Part shown: piece by piece, positions 50,270-61,756 of the stretch
Position numbering within the stretch: the stretch's first letter is position 1
Layout of the letters: each line of letters starts with the position of its first letter
NCBI GenBank assembly: GCA_036172245.1
Contig: JAYWIR010000006.1
Location: 3,410,001 to 3,474,000 of the forward strand
Length of the DNA stretch: 64,000 nt
From: Raillietiella orientalis
Lineage: Eukaryota
Reading direction: 5' to 3'
Notes under the pieces: generated by a model
What the model was told of the DNA's origin: nothing
Database searches by the model: none
What the model saw: only the letters and a program-made list of their open reading frames with translations
Translations under genes and position numbers: made by a program

Positions 50270-53200
50270 GATTCATGGAACCATGTGATCCCCCCCTTCT
50301 CTTCTACGAAGATACGTGAGAGGAAAGGTTCCTCAAAACCTTCTCGGTCTCCCTTGGAAGCGTGCAAAAAATGTTTTCTATCGGTCACGGTGAAAGACCA
50401 AACAGGTCCCGGGGTCACACTTGGAAGAGGGAATGCACGTGAACTGGTGGCGCCAAAGCAAGCTTGCGGTGGAGAAGAGTACGAATTTCTACGGAGTTTC
50501 CGTGCGTGACGAGTTTGAAGTCTCCTCTAAATGTACTTTTCAATGTACACGAAAAGCGTTTGCACGTCCGAGTGAGGGTTTCATTTATAATCTGACCGGA
50601 AAGCGACCGTTTTGACCGTTTGATTGCCACTTGGAAATCCCAGAACCACAGAAGGAAAGTCCAATTTGTTTCAAGCGGTGGAAATGAGTGGGGAAATTCA
50701 CCCCTGGGCCCGATGGAGTTGGCTCACGTCTTGTCGTCATTTCCCCATTCGGTCGACTTAGCTGCAGCCAGGATCAGTGGGGGCCACGGATGGACGGAAG
50801 GAGGGCACCAGAGAAACCCGATGCGCACTCGCGAAATGCTCACAAATCCGCGCGCGGCAGCCGAAGGTGCACGTCAATAAGGACCGCAGGTAAAGTCATC
50901 ACGGCGCTGACACGCAAACGATACGCAGGCGTGCAAACTCACACGTGACGTGTAGGCGTGGTGCACGCCTTCCCCCCAGGTTTGTGGCCACGGCGTTGCA
51001 ACCAGTGTGAGGCGACTCTGAGATGTTTCGTGGGGTGCACTGACGTCACGCTCCTCTTCCTTCCTCCCGTCGATGGAAAGGGAAGAGGAGCCACCCTATC
51101 GGCCAGCCGGTCGGATGGGGCTGCTGGTGTGCTTTTAAGCCGCCGCCCCATCCCGCCGCAGATGCCCCTCTGTTCTTTTCTATGCTCTTCCGGTTCTCCG
51201 CTCCTCAGCGAGGTAGCGCTCGCGTCGCGAGACGATCTCGTGCGTCCTCGCGCGAAGTTCCTCCAGCTGGAAGACTCCGAACAGCGGCGGGAGGAAAGGA
51301 AAAGTGCGGGAAGCGTTGGAGCTCTTTCACACGTGTGAAGATGTGTAAGCGTCAAACCCCATGATCCGCCGCCAGTCAGCAAGGACGGCACGCGTAGGAC
51401 GCCGGCGGCGGCTTTCCCGAAGTTGCGAACTCCTCGCCTTGAGACCGCCGGAGATCGCAGCATCCGACCCGGGGCACCAGCTGCATGGGCTCCTCGAGCA
51501 GAGGGGCTGGCGGCGAATAAGTGCGCGCAGGGACTTTCCACCGGACAGAGCGAATTTGCCCTCGCGGCCCCCTCGGCCCTTCGTCGCGGACGTCGTGCTC
51601 GGAGGGGCGTGCGTCGTCGAGTCAGCTCTGCTCTCCTTCCTCAGCAGGCGGCGGTAGGGTGAGGCATCTCAGGTGCTCCGAAGAACCCAAGCGGGGAAAG
51701 CACAGCACTGTTGGAGGAAGAGATGAATGATCCGCCCCTATATCCCCCTCGGACGGGGTTCGGGCAAAGTCCCTCACCCTGCAAAGTGGCGGCCTCTGCG
51801 CGCCCCTGTTCGAAGCGCCGCCGAGACGGACGTCGTCGAAAGACCACGGGGAGTCCTCGTGGCTTCCCGTTCCTCCTAAGCTAAGCGCCAGAGTCCCGTC
51901 GCTCCGGGAGAGTCACACCCTTCGCCCCCTCCCTTCCTCTCTTGGTAGGACCTCAGGCAAGATAAAAGAAGGTGGGCAAGCGAGAGCACGACTTGCGGCT
52001 GAGGACCCTCTCTCGTTGCTATGCGACTGTTCCCCGGCCAGCGGAGAGCTGCTCCCGCTGTCGGCTTCCGCTCAGGAACCCCCGCTGTTTCTCGAGGTTC
52101 CATCGCAATCCTCCGAGACCAATTGAGAAGCACCCTGAAGGAGGGACCCAATTCAATGTTGAGGTTGCGCTTCCTTCGTCCTTGCTCTGAGGCCTTGAGG
52201 GCCTCTCGGCACCACTGCTGAGCAGGAGCGCTGCCCGATGCACACTCAGGCAGAGAGCGGCTGGGAAAGACCATCCCCCCTTCCTGTGCCTTCGTGCATG
52301 AAAGATGGGATGGGAAGGGCTTGAGTGGTCCGCTGCAGCAGGGAAGAATCGCTGCTCCGCCCTCGGGTATGCCTTCGGCCTCAAGCAGTTATCGAGGGTT
52401 GCGGACCCGTCCGAGCGATCCCGACGATCAGCTTGTGGCCTGGCCGCTCGGACTCGCGCCGACTCGGAATTTGACTCCCCGCTCTTCCCTTTCGTCCTGC
52501 GCTCCCCCGTGGCTCGTCTGGTACCTTCATCTGCCTCCCTCGCTCCTTCGCATCCATGGCAACGCGGAGCGGGAAGCGCGAACAGGATGGACTTTGTGAC
52601 CCTCTTGGCTCGTGTTCTTCTGGTTGCTAAGGATACCGGAGGCGGGAAGGTAGGGAGGGGCTGGAACGAGAGCATCCATGCGGTCGCGACTACTGATCCC
52701 TGGGCTCAGGGAGAGGATCCAGGCCGGAACTGAATCCGCGCTCGCCATCCTTTTGGTTTTCGGCCCAGCGCGAATGGCATCTCGGAGGTCTCCCAGGCGG
52801 GCTCCAGTTCCGGGACAGGGGGAGTCCCGAATGGCATCCTGGGGCAGGCCGCCGTGCGCTTCAGGGCGTGGCGCTACGCACGCTGGTCACGCGCCCGATA
52901 GTAGGCTGATTCCCCGTGGCAGGAGACCTGCCCAAGACCGAAAAGGCGCCACTAGCGGGGGCGCGCAAGGTAAAGATCTGCACCCTTGTCGTCCCGCCTG
53001 CCAAGAGCATCGGTGAGGAGGCGGGTTCGCAGGAAGCGGAAGCGGGAGACTGGCGGAACGTCCGACGGGGAAAGGTAAGAGGAAGGTCGCATCCACTGCC
53101 CTCGGGTTGCGGTCATCCCGGAAATCCTCGATCCTTCTCCGCTCCAGGTTCCTCCAGAGCGGCTCCTTGGAAAGCTGGCGGGTCCTGTTGCAGTGCACCC

Positions 53201-55744
53201 GCAGCGGCTGAAAGACTGAATTTGATTTCGGCGGCGCGGGAAGTCACTGGAGAGTCGTCGGAAGCTCGTCCGAATCCGTCAGGGGCGCCTCGACCGATCC
53301 CGTCGAGCCATTCCCATAACAAAATTGAGACGAAGAATTCTTCGGAGGTGTCCGTTCCTTCCTTCTTTCCCTCCTTCCGCTTTTTCTCAAGGGAGTCAAC
53401 GCAGCTGCTCGTCGCTCACGTCCCGCCACCCGCGAATCGAAAGGATGATCCTCCCTTCTTCCCGTGCTCTTCCGCGAGATGGCTCTGGGAGCAAAATGCT
53501 TTCCTTGGAAAACACTCCATCTCCAGTGCGCGGGAACACCTGAAGTGGCGGCATCTTTTCCTGGCGCACCGCGCGGCTCACGCGGTTTCTCCTTGGCATG
53601 CAGACCCGCGGTGCGCAACAGCAGCCAGCAGGTCGCCACGAATGGGCATGTGGCGCCAGAACATCGCGGCAGCCGCTGTGGTAAACCCACTTTGGAACTC
53701 TTTCTCGGCTTTTTTGCCACCCCTAATGAATCCTGGACGGCTGGGCACGGCGATCCTCGGGAGCGGAAGGAATCCGTGAAAGCGACCGGTGCAGACAGCG
53801 GGGGAAGATGAGCGCCGGGATGGGTAGGGAACAGCCGAAAGACCGGCAGACGCTTGTGAGAAAGGCCAGCAGCAAATCTCACGAAAAGGGAAGCTTGCGG
53901 GCATTTGACCTATCGGAACACGAGCTTCGAGTATTCTTCGCGCGCATTCGCTTCCTGAAATCCTTCCGCTTCCTTCTCCTCCGCCTCTGCACCCGATGAT
54001 CGGCGTTGTCACCTTGGTTTCGCTGATCGTGGATTCGCAACAGACGCGTCATTATTGAGCGGCCCTTGGAAACGGAGGCCACAGCTTATTTCGTGAAATC
54101 GCTTGAGGACTTGCCGACGATGCGGCTACCAAGGAAACTGCAGACCCGGAATCCACAGGGATCGCATCCAAGCATCCACGACCTCGGATCTCTGTCTGTG
54201 TCGGGAAAATTCTCACCTTTTTCTTTCTTCTGTGGGAGGGAGGGAGGCCGAGCCGGGAGTGCCGCATAAGAACGTCCACCTTGAAGAACGCTCTCCTGCT
54301 CTTCCGTGGATTCGGGACGCAAGGAACGATCGTCCGCTAGGAGTGAACTTGCTCTTGAGGTTTTGGCCAACAGAATGAAGAAGGGTCCAAAGAATAGAAG
54401 GTTCTTCTTGTGAGCTACCAATAGCCAATACTCTGAGGTTCTTCCACGTTTCTCAGAGCACGCAAAGAGCACGAAGCGAAACTTTCTGGCACGACCTTCC
54501 CTGACACCCAGGTTCCAGCTGCTGAGAAAGAGAACCGAAACTGATTTTTCGCTGGGGAGCGCCACCGTGAATTCCCTCTAGGTCGAGATGCCGTTTCCTC
54601 GTGGACAGTTTGAGCCCACTTGAATGCAGGTGGACTTTGTGAAGTTTACCAGCATCCATTTCCATGGTTTTTGTCTCATGCTGATTGGTGCTCCCTTGCC
54701 GTCCGGTTCTTCTCTTGGGTTTCTTCTCTTGATCAATTGCACTGCTTTGTGTTTGCACCCATCTTCTGGTTCGGAAGGGCAGATGCAAACATCGACTTCC
54801 TGCCTGCGCTCTCCAGAAAATTCCAAGAGCATGGACGCGCTTCTAAGCCAAGACCACCGACTCGAGCAAAGTGGTTGGAACAAAGGCAAAAGGTGAACGC
54901 CCTAATTTTCGAAAGAGCTCCCTCATCGGAAACCAAATTTGGCGATGAACGCGTTTCCACGGCAGTCCACCGCCTCTGTCAAAGGCAAACTGCCCAGTCT
55001 GCAGGACTGGGTCTTCTGGTGCGACCCAGCCTTGCAGACTTCCGTTTGGGACCATTCCACACTTCACTCCCGCCCGTCATGCGCAGAAGGCCGCTGCGTC
55101 CACGGAAACTTGCGATCGCGTGAGGGGAACGAGGGCAGAGAATGGGATCTTTGTCTGCACTCAGAGCATCGTTCCAGGAAAGGCAGAGGACGACCCGCCG
55201 GACCGCGGTTCGCACACGGGGCAGGTGTCCAGGCACGGGAGCCTCCGCGTGACAACGCACGCTAGCAACAGCGCTGCTAACTCGAAACACGTGCGGACGA
55301 CTGAACCTCCTCTCACGGGAGGGTGGCGAAACGGACCCTCTCAGAGTACGCCTCATTTGGAGCTCCAGGACTGGCGTGCGAGTGGCGCCGCTACTTGGGT
55401 GCGCTTCTCACGTACGATGGGAGGTTCTGGGAACCGAATCAGAGAAACGGAGCAAAGAGAACGCAACCAACTTCAGAGCCGCAAAGAGTCCGCTTCGAAT
55501 TCAAATTCGGTGTCTTCTCATGGCCCAGAGCAGAAAGCTGCTCGAGCGCAATCCTCGAGCAGGTGAACATTTCGCACCCTGGGAGGAAAAAAATCCTGGA
55601 CTCCTCCCGGCGGGCAACTGGAGTTCACGCCTCCGGGAAGGTCCGCCGCGGCCTTGCGAAAAAACAAACAAGGTCTGTTTTGACCACGAACAGGCTGCTG
55701 TTGCACTTTGCTGCATCTCTCAGAACACCCGCTTATTGCCTTTA

Positions 55745-56066
55745 CAGTGGCGTCTCGGTACACGACGGCGGTTGGAACTCATCAGGTTCAGCACTCGTCT
55801 CATCCTGACGAGAAAAGGATGTTTCGGCACTCGGCGGCGCACGCTCGGAACTCGACACCCCACTCTCATGGTGAAACAGGTGTACGCTTTGGTCTCATGG
55901 TAGCTCGCGAACGGTGCCCAGCACTTCCATAGAGTGCCTCCCTAATCATTCCCTTTCTTGTGTTCTTTGTGCATGGTTATAAGGAAAAATTCTCTCGGTA
56001 CTTGTTGGTTTCGGTACTCGTCACGAGTTCCGGAACGAATTGCCGACGAGTACCGAGGTACCACGG
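55745..56066. mobile_element. pogo/Tc1-like MITE (~320 bp)
   Basis: The left end TA|cagtggcgtctcggtacacgac and right end gacgagtaccgaggtaccacgg are degenerate inverted repeats (consensus CAGTGGTACCTCGGTACTCG). Internal cggtact repeats are present. Confidence 0.6.
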
Positions 56067-56954
56067 TGTTTCGTCAGAATTGCATTATATATATGTAGGG
56101 TTACCAAGTGTGTCGCCTCGTGCTTGCGTAAACAGGTGTTGTAGACCCGGTGAGTGTTATCTTTGCAGCGTGCCTATCGGATGTACTTGTTGATGTGTGT
56201 GCCCTCTTTGAAGCTGTTCACGAAAAGCGACCCTTTTTATTTTTCATTTTTTTTTTTTTAAAGAAAACTTCATAAAAATGAAAATTCAATTTTTTCACAT
56301 TCATCTAACCAATAGCTCGACCTTTGCGGGGGTACCATCACTTGGCCGTTCCGTCAGTTTCCCTGCCTTCCCTGAGGACTTTTCCTTGAACTTTTGCGAT
56401 CGACCACGCTTTATTTCCGTCGTTCCCCGAGAGTTATGGAATCTTCTTCTCGGCTCCCGAAACGCCGACGGATGAAATCAGCGATGAATCCCCCGTTTTA
56501 TTGGACCGTATTTTTCAGACGGTATACGCAAAACTACGCATTTAAAGGGATATCGGTCTTCGCGATACGGAAAGTGTCGACTCTCCCGTCATCCCGTTTT
56601 CCGCTAAAGGGTCATGAAATTTCACGCGGAGTGATTGGAGAAAGTGATTTCGGGTCTGAGGGGTGCGGCACCACGTCTCCGTGACACCCCTCGTTCCCTG
56701 GTTTCAATATACTGGCCGCCGGATAAGTAGGCGCATCAGGTATTGGAGTCGCCATTACCCCTCCACGAGGCGTCCGATCGAGAGCAGCCTCTCTGCGTGA
56801 ACCGGGGTGGGGAGCGACCCCCTGAGCGTCTGTCCTCACGGTTGTCTTGGAAAGGGTAAAGAGGTGCTGATTGATGGCCAAGCTGAAACCACGCGAAATG
56901 ACACACGAACGGAGTTCATGGGCGTTGCTGTGTGCTGTCTCTGCCTCGGGGCCT

Positions 56955-57672
56955 TTTTTTTTTTTTCCGCGGCCAGCAGCGACCTCTCGGGGAGATCCCC
57001 GCTATCGGCCTAGGACGATGGGAGCCTCTCAGGTTTCTCTGTTTTTGTTGCTTTCCTTCCAGCTTTTTTCTTTCGACTTGCTTCTCTGTTTTTTTTTTTT
57101 TGTTTCTCAAGGAATGCTGAAGAACCGCCTCTTTAGAGGGCTCGTGAAGCTCTTTAACAACTCCCACGTCACCCGGGGATGCGTGCCACTCTTCAAGTTA
57201 TAGGGCGTACTCTGGAGGGACACCCTTTGAATCCAGGAAGCCTCCGGAGAGGAAAGTCTGCCCCTCTTATCTTCGGGAGGGAACCCTAAAGGGACCCCTC
57301 CACCACGGTTGTCTCTGAAGGGAAGAACATCTTCCTTGTTCTCTCCGGAGGGAACCCGCAAGGGAGCCAACCTCTCCCTGCTTCCTCCTTCTCTGAAGAG
57401 AACCCGAAGGGACGCGTCCCAATTTTCCTGAAGGGCGCTCCCCGAAGGGTGCAGTGCGCTTCTTACACTATGGAAAGGCAACCATCAGAGGGGGATATCG
57501 ACCATCTCCATGGTACGCGATGGGGGAGGCGGCTTCATTTTCGCAACCGGAAGGGAACGCCGAAAGGAACCAGATGCTCCTCAAACCGTCCTGGAAGGAG
57601 CCCGAAGGGTCAGCTGCTATCCCTGCCAGTCAACGGTGACATCCGGGGATTTCCGATTTTCACCAGTGCCGC
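56955..57672 (-). mobile_element. SINE copy 9, 3' part, including the distal tail and poly(A)
   Basis: Poly(T) at 56955-56967, distal block ggggagatccccgctatcggcctaggacg, family 3' block and middle. It breaks at caccagtgccgca. Confidence 0.82.
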
Positions 57673-57679
57673 AGCCCCC

Positions 57680-58484
57680 TTAGGGAGCACATGGGCAGCA
57701 GCCTTACGGCTAGATAGGAGGTTACTGTGGAAATCTCCGGAAGGAGGAAAGGACTGGGCGAGTGAACGATGGGTCAGCTCACCGACGCTGCGACCCCAAG
57801 TGCTCGACCTCGTGGACTTTTGCTCTGGAACGTGCTACTGGGACTTCCGGAGGAAGGCCTGCAGCGGCCTCCGGTTCTCATGAACACACGCACGCTCCCC
57901 CTAAAGTGGCAGGAGTCGGCATTGATGCCGCTGCACTGGGGTCTCCCGTGCAACGCCCCCCGGCATCTGTGCACACGGGGGGGTTGGAGGTGGAGTGGAT
58001 CCAAACTGTGCAAAAAGTGTGGGGAACGGAAATCCCTTCCGCACCTCCTAGTGAACTGTGTTGTCTTCTGTTCCCTTTGGGGATGCTTTGCCGCGATCCT
58101 TGGAACCCCTGGCAGCAACGCCAGAGGAGGCAGGACGACAGGGACGCCATCTATCTTGCTGTCCTCTTCATGAGGATAGCATCAAGACGGCCCCATCTGG
58201 GAACCATAAAACAGGAACTTGACGGCATTCTTACAAGGATGCAGGGAACGCCCTCCAGCACACAGTGATCCCTTCCCGAACCCTCCCGCATTTTTTTGAC
58301 TGCATTTTTTGTTTTTTTGTTTTTCTTTTTGTTTGTCTTTCCTTCCCTTGTGCTGCCGAGGCGAACCCCGCTGTCCTGCTTGCCAGCTCCCGGCAGGTTC
58401 CTTTTCGTATCGACAAGTAACGTGGCAGCATCAAGCATGTAAGCTTATGCTATAAATAAACGCACCGGCGTGACCGGGTGTCAA
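57680..58484 (+). mobile_element. L1/Tx1-type non-LTR retrotransposon 3' fragment with zf-RVT-like CCHC motif
   Basis: LPLKWQESALMPLHWGLPCN...CKKCGERKSLPHLLVNCVVFCSLW fits the L1/Tx1 C-terminal zinc-binding pattern. The ORF ends in a shifted frame near 58268, followed by a T-rich UTR and AATAAA at 58455. Confidence 0.8.
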
Positions 58485-58539
58485 CCCCAGTGACTCAGCT
58501 CCAGCAGCACTTTGCTGCCCACGCGGCGGGATCGTGGCT

Positions 58540-58826
58540 GCAAGGAGCAACGCCAGAGGAGGCCAGGACGACAGGGATGCCGTGTATTGCGCTGTCCTCT
58601 TCGTGAGGACAGCGTCAAGGTGGACCCATCTGGGAGTCTTGAAACAGGAACTTGACCGGCATCCTCACAAGGATGCAGAGGACACCCTCCAGCATCCGGT
58701 GATTCCTTTTCGAACCCCTTCCCCAGTTTTCGTTGTTATAAGTAACGTGTCAGGATCAAAAGCCCTCCCACAGTTCCTGTATGTTTATTTTTTATAAATA
58801 AACGCCCCGGCGTGACCGGGTGTCAA
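58540..58826 (+). mobile_element. Second, shorter 3' fragment of the same LINE family
   Basis: Diverged repeat of ~58113-58484 (gcaacgccagaggagg..aaacaggaacttgac..aataaacgcNccggcgtgaccgggtgtcaac). Confidence 0.8.
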
Positions 58827-58832
58827 CGAGTA

Positions 58833-59015
58833 CCCGACTCACTCGAATGTAGACCAGCCAGCGCCATCGCGCGTGGGGGGGAAGGGAATCGAAACCCACG
58901 ACGCAGCCACCCACCCCCTTCTCCTTCCCCGTTCCCGGCGTCGGTCCTTTGCCGTGAGGGACTCGGACCCGCAACCCTTGGCGCCACGGGCAGAGACAGA
59001 GGCCGCGATGCGGGC
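58833..59015 (-). mobile_element. SINE copy 9, 5' (head) part
   Basis: Resumes the SINE consensus (cccga..gtagaccagccagcgccatc) and ends in the head gcccgcatcgcgg...gggtccgagtccc on the minus strand. Shares ccccgttcccggcgtcg with copy 8. Confidence 0.75.
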
Positions 59016-60345
59016 CACTGTTTCGAATCCATTAGCCCCGAGTGTTTTCCTACGTGTTACATTTTGCTGCCTCTTTGGAGGCTGCATCGCGTGTCATTGA
59101 ACAAGGATCTGGTGCATCCGGTTTGTGATTGCTCATTTCCCTTTGCGAAACACGTGACACATAATTGCTGCTGCGATATATTCGCGCACGGGGGGCATTG
59201 CCTGTCTCGGAGAATAATTTCATGGGCCGCGTTTTTCAACTCTGAAGAGAACGCACGGACTTTATGGAAAAGGCGAAAGCGTGCTGCGCTCTCGCTCGAG
59301 GAGCGGTCGCAAATTAGGAGAGCGGCGGTCCCATCGGGAAGCTGACGACTGACTGATTTTCTTTTCCCTGCTCTGTTTGCTCGCAGGAGCAGCTCACCGA
59401 CTTGCCGAACGCAGAGCAGCATCCGCAGCAGGCGTGCGTGCGAGTGTGAGCTTGCGCGAGGGCAGGGGAATTCCGCGCGCAGTCCCTGCTCTCCTCGGCC
59501 TGACCTACGGGAAACACTCCCCCCCTCCCCTTCCCCCTTCCTTCTCCCATCCCAAATCCGAGGCTTGGCTCCCGTTCGGATCCAAGTACATCGCGCTTGG
59601 TCCCGTTTTCGGAGGCGGAAGAGAGATGAACCGCGGCTTCGCTCATCTGACGTCTCCGTGGGCTTCAGCAACTCCGCCCGCGAAAATCAGGCACCCAGGG
59701 ATGCCAGGGGGGGTTGCCACGCTCTCTCGCTCCGGCCTTCCGTCGTCCGGCACTGACCTTAGTCGACGTGCCTCCCTGCTCTTTGTGAGCGCCCGTCTCA
59801 CATCGTCGCTCCGCTCTTTCAGTCGCAGCACGCAGCGCACCTTCCACCCCCACTGGTGGCGAGTCACTCCCTGAAGAGTGGCACAAGTTCGCACGCGCAC
59901 CAAGGTCGCGGTCAAATTTTAAAACGAGTCAGCCAACGAGTCATCAGGTCACTCTCTCGTCCTAGTAAAATCATTCGACCACTCGTGGGGGAAGGAGAAT
60001 CTCCATTCTTGGAGCCAGAAATTCGTGGTCATCCTGGCGAGGCGACGATTTGTACAGCCGAGATGAATCAGATCGAACGCAGAAGGTGGGGGGAAGATGC
60101 GCGGGAAAGGAGAAGCGGTTGAAGCGAGAGCTGAGGAGGGATACACGGAGGGGTGTGGCGACCCAAGCGTTCTGGATGGATTTTCGCGGTGAAGCGCCCG
60201 TTAAACGGACGCAGGAGAAGCGGGAGAAAGCACCGGATGCGCCAGGGAAGTTTCTCCTCCCTGCTGAGGCCGAGATGCGCCCTACTTTCCCGAGGGGTAG
60301 TGCGTGGCTAGGCGAGCACCGGCGTGAAGTGGCTGCCTTTCTTAC

Positions 60346-60519
60346 CTCTGAGATGTCTTCCTTAGAGAAGTAGGCGGGCGAGCGAAAGCTGGTCTTTTCC
60401 ATGGTAACGAAGATCACCGGCACGTTGAAGGAGCGTATGAAGTTCGAAACATCCGTCTTGGAGGAGATGCTGCGCTGCGTCGCCAGGAACGCCTCGTACC
60501 GTTTCTTCTGGTCCTCAGC
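60346..60519 (-). CDS. Stacl: Stac-like F-BAR protein, 1st exon in window (AEDQKKRYEAFLATQRSISSKTDVSNFIRSFNVPVIFVTMEKTSFRSPAYFSKEDISE)
   Basis: Acceptor tcctttcag, donor gtaaga, 174 nt, phase 0 to 0. The I...tDv.nFI pattern is typical of the end of F-BAR domains. Confidence 0.85.
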
Positions 60520-60703
60520 CTGAAAGGATAGCGGTTTTGACCTCTCGCACACGCGAGTGAGATGCGCTCAAATGCCACCGGGGAGTCCCGCCGCAAACGC
60601 CAGGCAGCATTCGGGTGGACCGTGAACCGTGCAGCGTCCGCCTCAGAGAAACGTCCTTGACGGAATTTCTTCAATCCATCATCGAGTTGATTTCGCCCTG
60701 TAC

Positions 60704-60756
60704 TTATTATTATTATTATTATTACTGTTGTTTCTGCTGCCTCGTTATTATTATTA
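60704..60756. repeat. (TTA)n microsatellite tracts
   Basis: Two TTA runs, 60704-60724 and ~60745-60756. Confidence 0.85.
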
Positions 60757-60914
60757 CAAAGGCGTTCAGAGAAGAACCGGCAAAGCACGGCTGTATTTCT
60801 CGACGCTTCATTAGACACAGCAAAGAAGTGCCGTACGAAACAGTGGACATAATGATATAGAAGAAACGCGTCTGTTGGTTCAAGAAAGAGCTTCAGATTC
60901 CAGGATAACCTTTG

Positions 60915-61756
60915 TTTTCCAAAGGCCGCTGGCAACCTCACGGGGAGATCGTTGCTGTCGATCTAGGATGACGGGAATCCCTTTGGGTTCCCTTCTGCTT
61001 CTCTTCATTCCTTCCAAATTTTCTTCTTCTTCGAGTTTGTCCCTTTTTTCGGTCCACTGAGTTCCGAAGAACCGTTCGCCTAGGGGCCCACCAAGATCTC
61101 TGACACTGTTCCACTCCCGAGGGTTCTTGTTGGCTCTTCAAGCTAGGGGTACCCCGTGAGGGGGCCACCCTACGAATCCAAGAAGGCTCCGGAGGGAGAA
61201 GGAGTCTGTTCCTCTCTTATTCTTGGGAGAGAACCGCGAAAGGGAACCTCGCCCTGGTTGTCTTTGAGTGGATCCCCCCGGAGGGGTCGCTTCTCATTTC
61301 TTCTCCGAGGGGAAAAGGGTTCGCTCCTTCTTCCCTCCTACCCTGAAGAGAACCCCGAAGGGACGCTTCCCGATCGCTTCCTTATCCGAGAAGCGCTCCC
61401 TGAAGGGAGCAGCGCGCTTCTTGACACTCTAGAGAGGCAGCTTCCGAAGGGGATATCTACCAACTCCATGGTACGCGAAGGAAGGGGTTGAGGAGGAAGA
61501 TGGCTCCTTTTTCACAAGTGAAGGGCTCCTTAATTACCGGAAGGACCCCGTAGGGTCGGCTTCCAACCCCAGCCAGTGGTCGTGGGCGTTCAATTTCCAG
61601 TTTCCACCCGAAAATGCCCTCCAGCGTCATCCTGCGGGGGGGAACTCGCGCCTTGCATTCTCGGAGTCGACGCTTCCCTCCCCGGGCGGGATTTGAACCC
61701 TCAACGTTCGGCCCGCACGCGGCAGAGGCCGGAGCCGCACGGCCTCCAACGCGGGC
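60915..61756 (-). mobile_element. SINE copy 10 (full length, ~840 bp)
   Basis: Head gcccgcgttggagg...ggttcaaatcccgccc, core, 3' block, A-rich tract and distal block cggggagatcgttgctgtcgatctaggatg. Confidence 0.85.

Noticed and set aside
56800..56900. Hammerhead or HDV-like ribozyme (ctgattgatggccaagctgaaac); also ctgacgag...gaaac near 16298
   Set aside because: At 56.8 kb the core deviates from CUGAnGA. At neither site could I form the required stems by eye.
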